Positions 59,801 to 64,000 of a stretch of 64,000 bases of DNA are shown here, piece by piece. The notes beneath the pieces were generated by a model. That model did not search any database, was not told where the DNA came from, and saw nothing but the letters and a program-made list of their open reading frames with translations. How positions within the stretch are numbered: position 1 is the stretch's first letter; every line of letters starts with the position of its first letter. The stretch is from Eledone cirrhosa (lineage: Eukaryota), in assembly GCA_964016885.1 (NCBI GenBank), contig OZ024759.1, positions 868,001 to 932,000 on the forward strand, written 5' to 3'. The translations under genes and the position numbers were made by a program.

Positions 59801-62440
59801 AACATGACAAAGTCTATATTAGTAACATGACAGTCTATATTAGTAACATGCCAAAGTCTATATTAGTAGCATGACAAAGTCTATATTAGTAGCATGACAC
59901 AGTCTATATTAGTAACATGACATAGTCTATATTAGTAACATGACACAGTCTATATTAGTAGCATGACAAAGTCTATATTAGTAACATGACAAAGTCTATA
60001 TTAGTAACATGAGAAAGTCTATATTAGTAACATGACACAGTCTATATTAGTAACATGACAAAGTCTATATTAGTAACATGACACAGTCTATATTAGTAAC
60101 ATGACACAGTCTATATTAGTAACATGACAAAGTCTATATTAGTAGCATGACAAAGTCTATATTAGTAACATGACAAAGTCTATATTAGTAACATGACACA
60201 GTCTATATTAGTAACATGACAAAGTCTATATTAGTAACATGACGGTCAATATTAGTAACATGACAGTCTATATTAGTAGCATGACAAAGTCTATATTAGT
60301 AACATGACACAGTCTATATTAGTAACATGACAAAGTCTATATTAGTAGCATGACAAAGTCTATATTAGTAACATGACACAGTCTATATTAGTAACATGAC
60401 AAAGTCTATATTAGTAGCATGACAAAGTCTATATTAGTAACATGACAAAGTCTATATTAGTAACATGACACAGTCTATATTAGTAATATGACAGTCTATA
60501 TTAGTAACATGACAGTCCATATTAGTAGCATGACAAAGTCTATATTAGTAACATGACAAAGTCTATATTAGTAACATGACACAGTCTATATTAGTAACAT
60601 GACACAGTCTATATTAGTAACATCATATAGTCTATATTATTAACATGACAAAGTCTATATTAGTAACATGGCAAAGTCTATATTAGTAACATGACAAAGT
60701 TTATATTAGTAACATGACAAGGCCTATATTAGTAACATGACACAGTCTATATTAGTAACATGACAAAGTCTATATTAGTAACATGACAGTCTATATTAGT
60801 AACATGACAAAGTCTATATTAGTAACATGACAGAGTCTATATTAGTAACATGACAGTCTATATTAGTAACATGACAAAGTCTATATTAGTAACATGACAC
60901 AGTCTATATTAGTAACATGACACAGTCTATATTAGTAACATGACACAGTTTATATTAGTAACATGACAAAGTCTATATTAGTAACATGACAAAGTCTATA
61001 TTAGTAACATGGCAGTCTATATTAGTTACATGACAAAGTCTATATTAGTAACATGACACAGTCTATATTAGTAACATGACAAAGACTCTATTAGTAACAT
61101 GACAAAGTCTATATTAGTAACATGACAGTCTATATTAGTAACATGACAAAATCTATATTAGTAACATGACAGTCTATATTAGTAACATGACAAAGTCTAT
61201 ATTAGTAACATGACAGTCTATATTGTACCATGACACAGTCTATATTAGTAACATGACATAGTCTATATTAGTAACATGACAAAGTCTATATTAGTAACAT
61301 GACAGTCTATATTGTAACATGACACAGTCTATATTAGTAACATGACACAGTCTATATTAGTAACATGACAGTCTATATTAGTAACATGACAAAGTCTATA
61401 TTAGTAACATGACAAAGTCTATATTAGTAACATGACAAAGTATATATTAGTAGCATGACACAGTCTATATTAGTAACATGACAAAGTCTATATTAGTAAC
61501 ATGACACAGTCTATATTAGTAACATGACAAAGTCTATATTAGTAACATGACACAGTCTATATTAGTAACATGACAAAGTCTATATTAGTAACATGACAAA
61601 GTATATATTAGTAGCATGACAAAGTCTATATTAGTAACATGACACAGTCTATATTAGTAACATGACATAGTCTATATTAGTAACATGACAAAGTCTATAT
61701 TAGTAGCATGACACAGTCTAAATTAGTAACATGACACAGTCTATATTAGTAACATGACAGTCTATATTAGTAACATGACACAGTCTATATTAGTAACATG
61801 ACAAAGTCTATATTAGTAGTATGACAAAGACTATATTAGTAACATGACAGTCTATATTAGTAACATGACAAAGTCTATATTAGTAGCATGACAAAGTCTA
61901 TATTAGTAGCATGACACAGTCTATATTAGTAACATGACACAGTCTATATTAGTAACATGACACAGTCTATATTAGTAACATGACAAAGTCTATATTAGTA
62001 GCATGACAAAGTCTATATTAGTAACATGACAAAGTCTATATTAGTAACATGACACAGTCTATATTAGTAACATGACAAAGTCTATATTAGTAACATGACA
62101 AAGTCTATATTAGTAACATGACAGTCTATATTAGTAACATGACAAAGTCTATATTAGTAACATGACAAAGTCTCTATTAGTAACATGACAAAGTCTATAT
62201 TAGTAACATGACAGTCTATATAATAACATGACAAAGTCTCTATTAGTAACATGACAAAGTCTATATTAGTAACATGACAGTCTATATTAGTAACATGACA
62301 AAGTCTATATTAGTAACATGACAGTCTATATTGTAACATGACACAGTCTATATTAGTAACATGACACAGTTTATATTAGTAACATGACATAGTCTATATT
62401 AGTAACATGACAAAGTCTATATTAGTAACATGACAGTCTA
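50870..62440. repeat. Higher-order block of ~4,348 bp repeated at 7,278 bp, with an intervening 2,930-bp partial copy
   Basis: TAGGAAC at 51067/55415/58345 (4,348, 2,930). GTCTAAATT at 54438/57368/61716 (2,930, 4,348). CATGAGAAAG at 52730/60008 and CATCATATAG at 53343/60621 (7,278). Confidence 0.85.
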
Positions 62441-64000
62441 TATTAGTAACATGACAAAGTCTATATTAGTAACATGACAAAGTCTATATTAGTAACATGA
62501 CAAAGTCTATATTAGTAACATGACAAAGTCTATATTAGTAACATGACAGTCTATATTGTAACATGACACAGTCTCTATTAGTAACATGACACAGTCTATA
62601 TTAGTAACATGACAGTCTATATTAGTAACATGACAAAGTCTATATTAGTAACATGACGGTCTATATTAGTAACATGACAGTCTATATTAGTAGCATGACA
62701 AAGTCTATATTAGTAACATGACACAGTCTATATTAGTAACATGACACAGTCTATATTAGTAACATGACACAGTATATATTAGTAACATGACACAGTCTAT
62801 ATTAGTAGCATGACAAAGTCTATATTAGTAACATGACACAGTCTATATTAGTAACATGACACAGTCTATATTAGTAACATGACACAGTCTATATTAGTAA
62901 CATGACAAAGTCTATATTAGTAACGTGACACAGTCTATATTAGTAACATGACAAAGTCTATATTAGTAACATGACAGTCTATATTAGTAACATGACAGTC
63001 TATATTAGTAGCATGACAAAGTCTATATTAGTAACATGACAAAGTCTATATTAGTAACATGACACAGTCTATATTAGTAACATGACACAGTCTATATTAG
63101 TAACATGACAGTCTATATTAGTAGCATGACAAAGTCTATATTAGTAACATGACACAGTCTATATTAGTAACATGACAAAGTCTATATTAGTAACATGACA
63201 GTCTATATTAGTAACATGACACAGTCTATATTAGTAACATGACACAGTCTATATTAGTAACATGACAAAGTCTATATTAGTAACATGACAAAGTCTATAT
63301 TAGTAACATGACAGTCTATATTAGTAACATGACAAAGTCTATATTAGTAACATGACACAGTCTATATTAGTAACATGACAAAGTCTCTATTAATAACATG
63401 ACAAAGTCTATATTAGTAACATGACAGTCTATATTAGTAACATGACAAAGTCTCTATTAGTAACATGGCAAAGTCTATATTAGTAACATGACAGTCTATA
63501 TTAGTAACATGACAAAGTCTATATTAGTAACATGACAGTCTATATTGTAACATGACACATTCTATATTAGTAACATGACACAGTCTATATTAGTAACATG
63601 ACAGTCTATATTAGTAACATGACAAAGTCTATATTAGTAACATGACAAAGTCTATATTAGTAACATGACACAGTCTATATTAGTAGCATGACACAGTCTA
63701 TATTAGTAACATGACAAAGTCTATATTAGTAACATGACACAGTCTATATTAGTAACATGACAAAGTCTATATTAGTAACATGACACAGTCTATATTAGTA
63801 ACATGACATAGTCTATATTAGTAACATGACAAAGTCTATATTAGTAACATGACAGTCTATATTAGTAACATGACAAAGTCTATATTAGTAGCATGACAAA
63901 GTCTATATTAGTAACATGACACAGTCTATATTAGTAACGTGACAATCTATATTAGTAACATGACACAGTCTATATTAGTAACATGACAAAGTCTATATTA

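Larger units (their letters stand above)
1..64000. repeat. Tandem satellite/minisatellite array, 23-bp monomer (GTCTATATTAGTAACATGAC + AAA/ACA) with a frequent 21-bp variant (+A); truncated by both window edges
   Basis: The monomer can be read continuously from base 1 to 64000 in one orientation (first full unit at 20-42). Common variants are linker AAA/ACA/A/ATA and AAC>AGC in the core. There are also sporadic substitutions and a 1-bp deletion (ATTGTAAC). No non-repeat sequence was seen. Confidence 0.99.

Noticed and set aside
1-64000. CRISPR array (short, partly palindromic direct repeats)
   Set aside because: Repeats are separated by only 1-3 low-diversity bases. There are no unique spacers, leader or cas genes.
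1-64000. Repetitive protein-coding ORF on either strand
   Set aside because: On the plus strand each monomer has TAG-TAA in one frame and TGA in another, and the 23-bp period shifts the open frame into a stop within about two units (ATG ACA AAG TCT ATA TTA GTA ACA TGA). The minus strand has TAA and TAG in two frames with the same result. The 21-bp units keep frame but never run more than a few in a row.
1-64000. Telomerase-made long telomeric repeat (23-bp units occur in Candida albicans)
   Set aside because: There is no G-rich strand or similarity to telomeric motifs I know. The array is far longer than yeast telomeres, and its variants are inherited in duplicated blocks rather than templated afresh.
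1-64000. Pure sequencing or rolling-circle concatemer artefact, or synthetic DNA
   Set aside because: Variants recur in hierarchical blocks at many different exact offsets, with shared and private mutations, as expected from evolutionary amplification. Individual block copy numbers could still be misassembled.
1-64000. Plasmid or phage iterons (about 22 bp, roughly two helical turns)
   Set aside because: Iteron clusters have a few to tens of copies beside a rep gene. Here there are thousands of copies and no gene.

Overview
The whole 64-kb window is one uninterrupted, head-to-tail tandem array (satellite/minisatellite DNA) of a ~23-bp AT-rich monomer: core GTCTATATTAGTAACATGAC plus a variable linker (AAA or ACA giving 23 bp, a single A giving 21 bp, rarely ATA or AGA). 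It holds roughly 2,800 copies (estimated from length), about 26-30% GC per consensus monomer, and extends beyond both window edges. I saw no unique sequence, ORF, RNA gene, transposon insertion, inversion or CRISPR spacers, and I cannot support any protein-coding 'system' here. The real structure is in the order of monomer variants. Rare marker variants recur at exact offsets and reveal nested block duplications: 67 and 89 bp locally, then about 1,136, 1,174, 2,477, 2,784, 2,930, 3,556, 4,348 and 7,278 bp, and long-range 15,648 and 40,456 bp. These allow a partial reconstruction of the array's history. The monomer is also a quasi-palindrome. An array of this size and purity is most typical of eukaryotic heterochromatin (inference); I do not recognise the family or organism. 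Offsets were counted by hand from marker positions and block boundaries are approximate.
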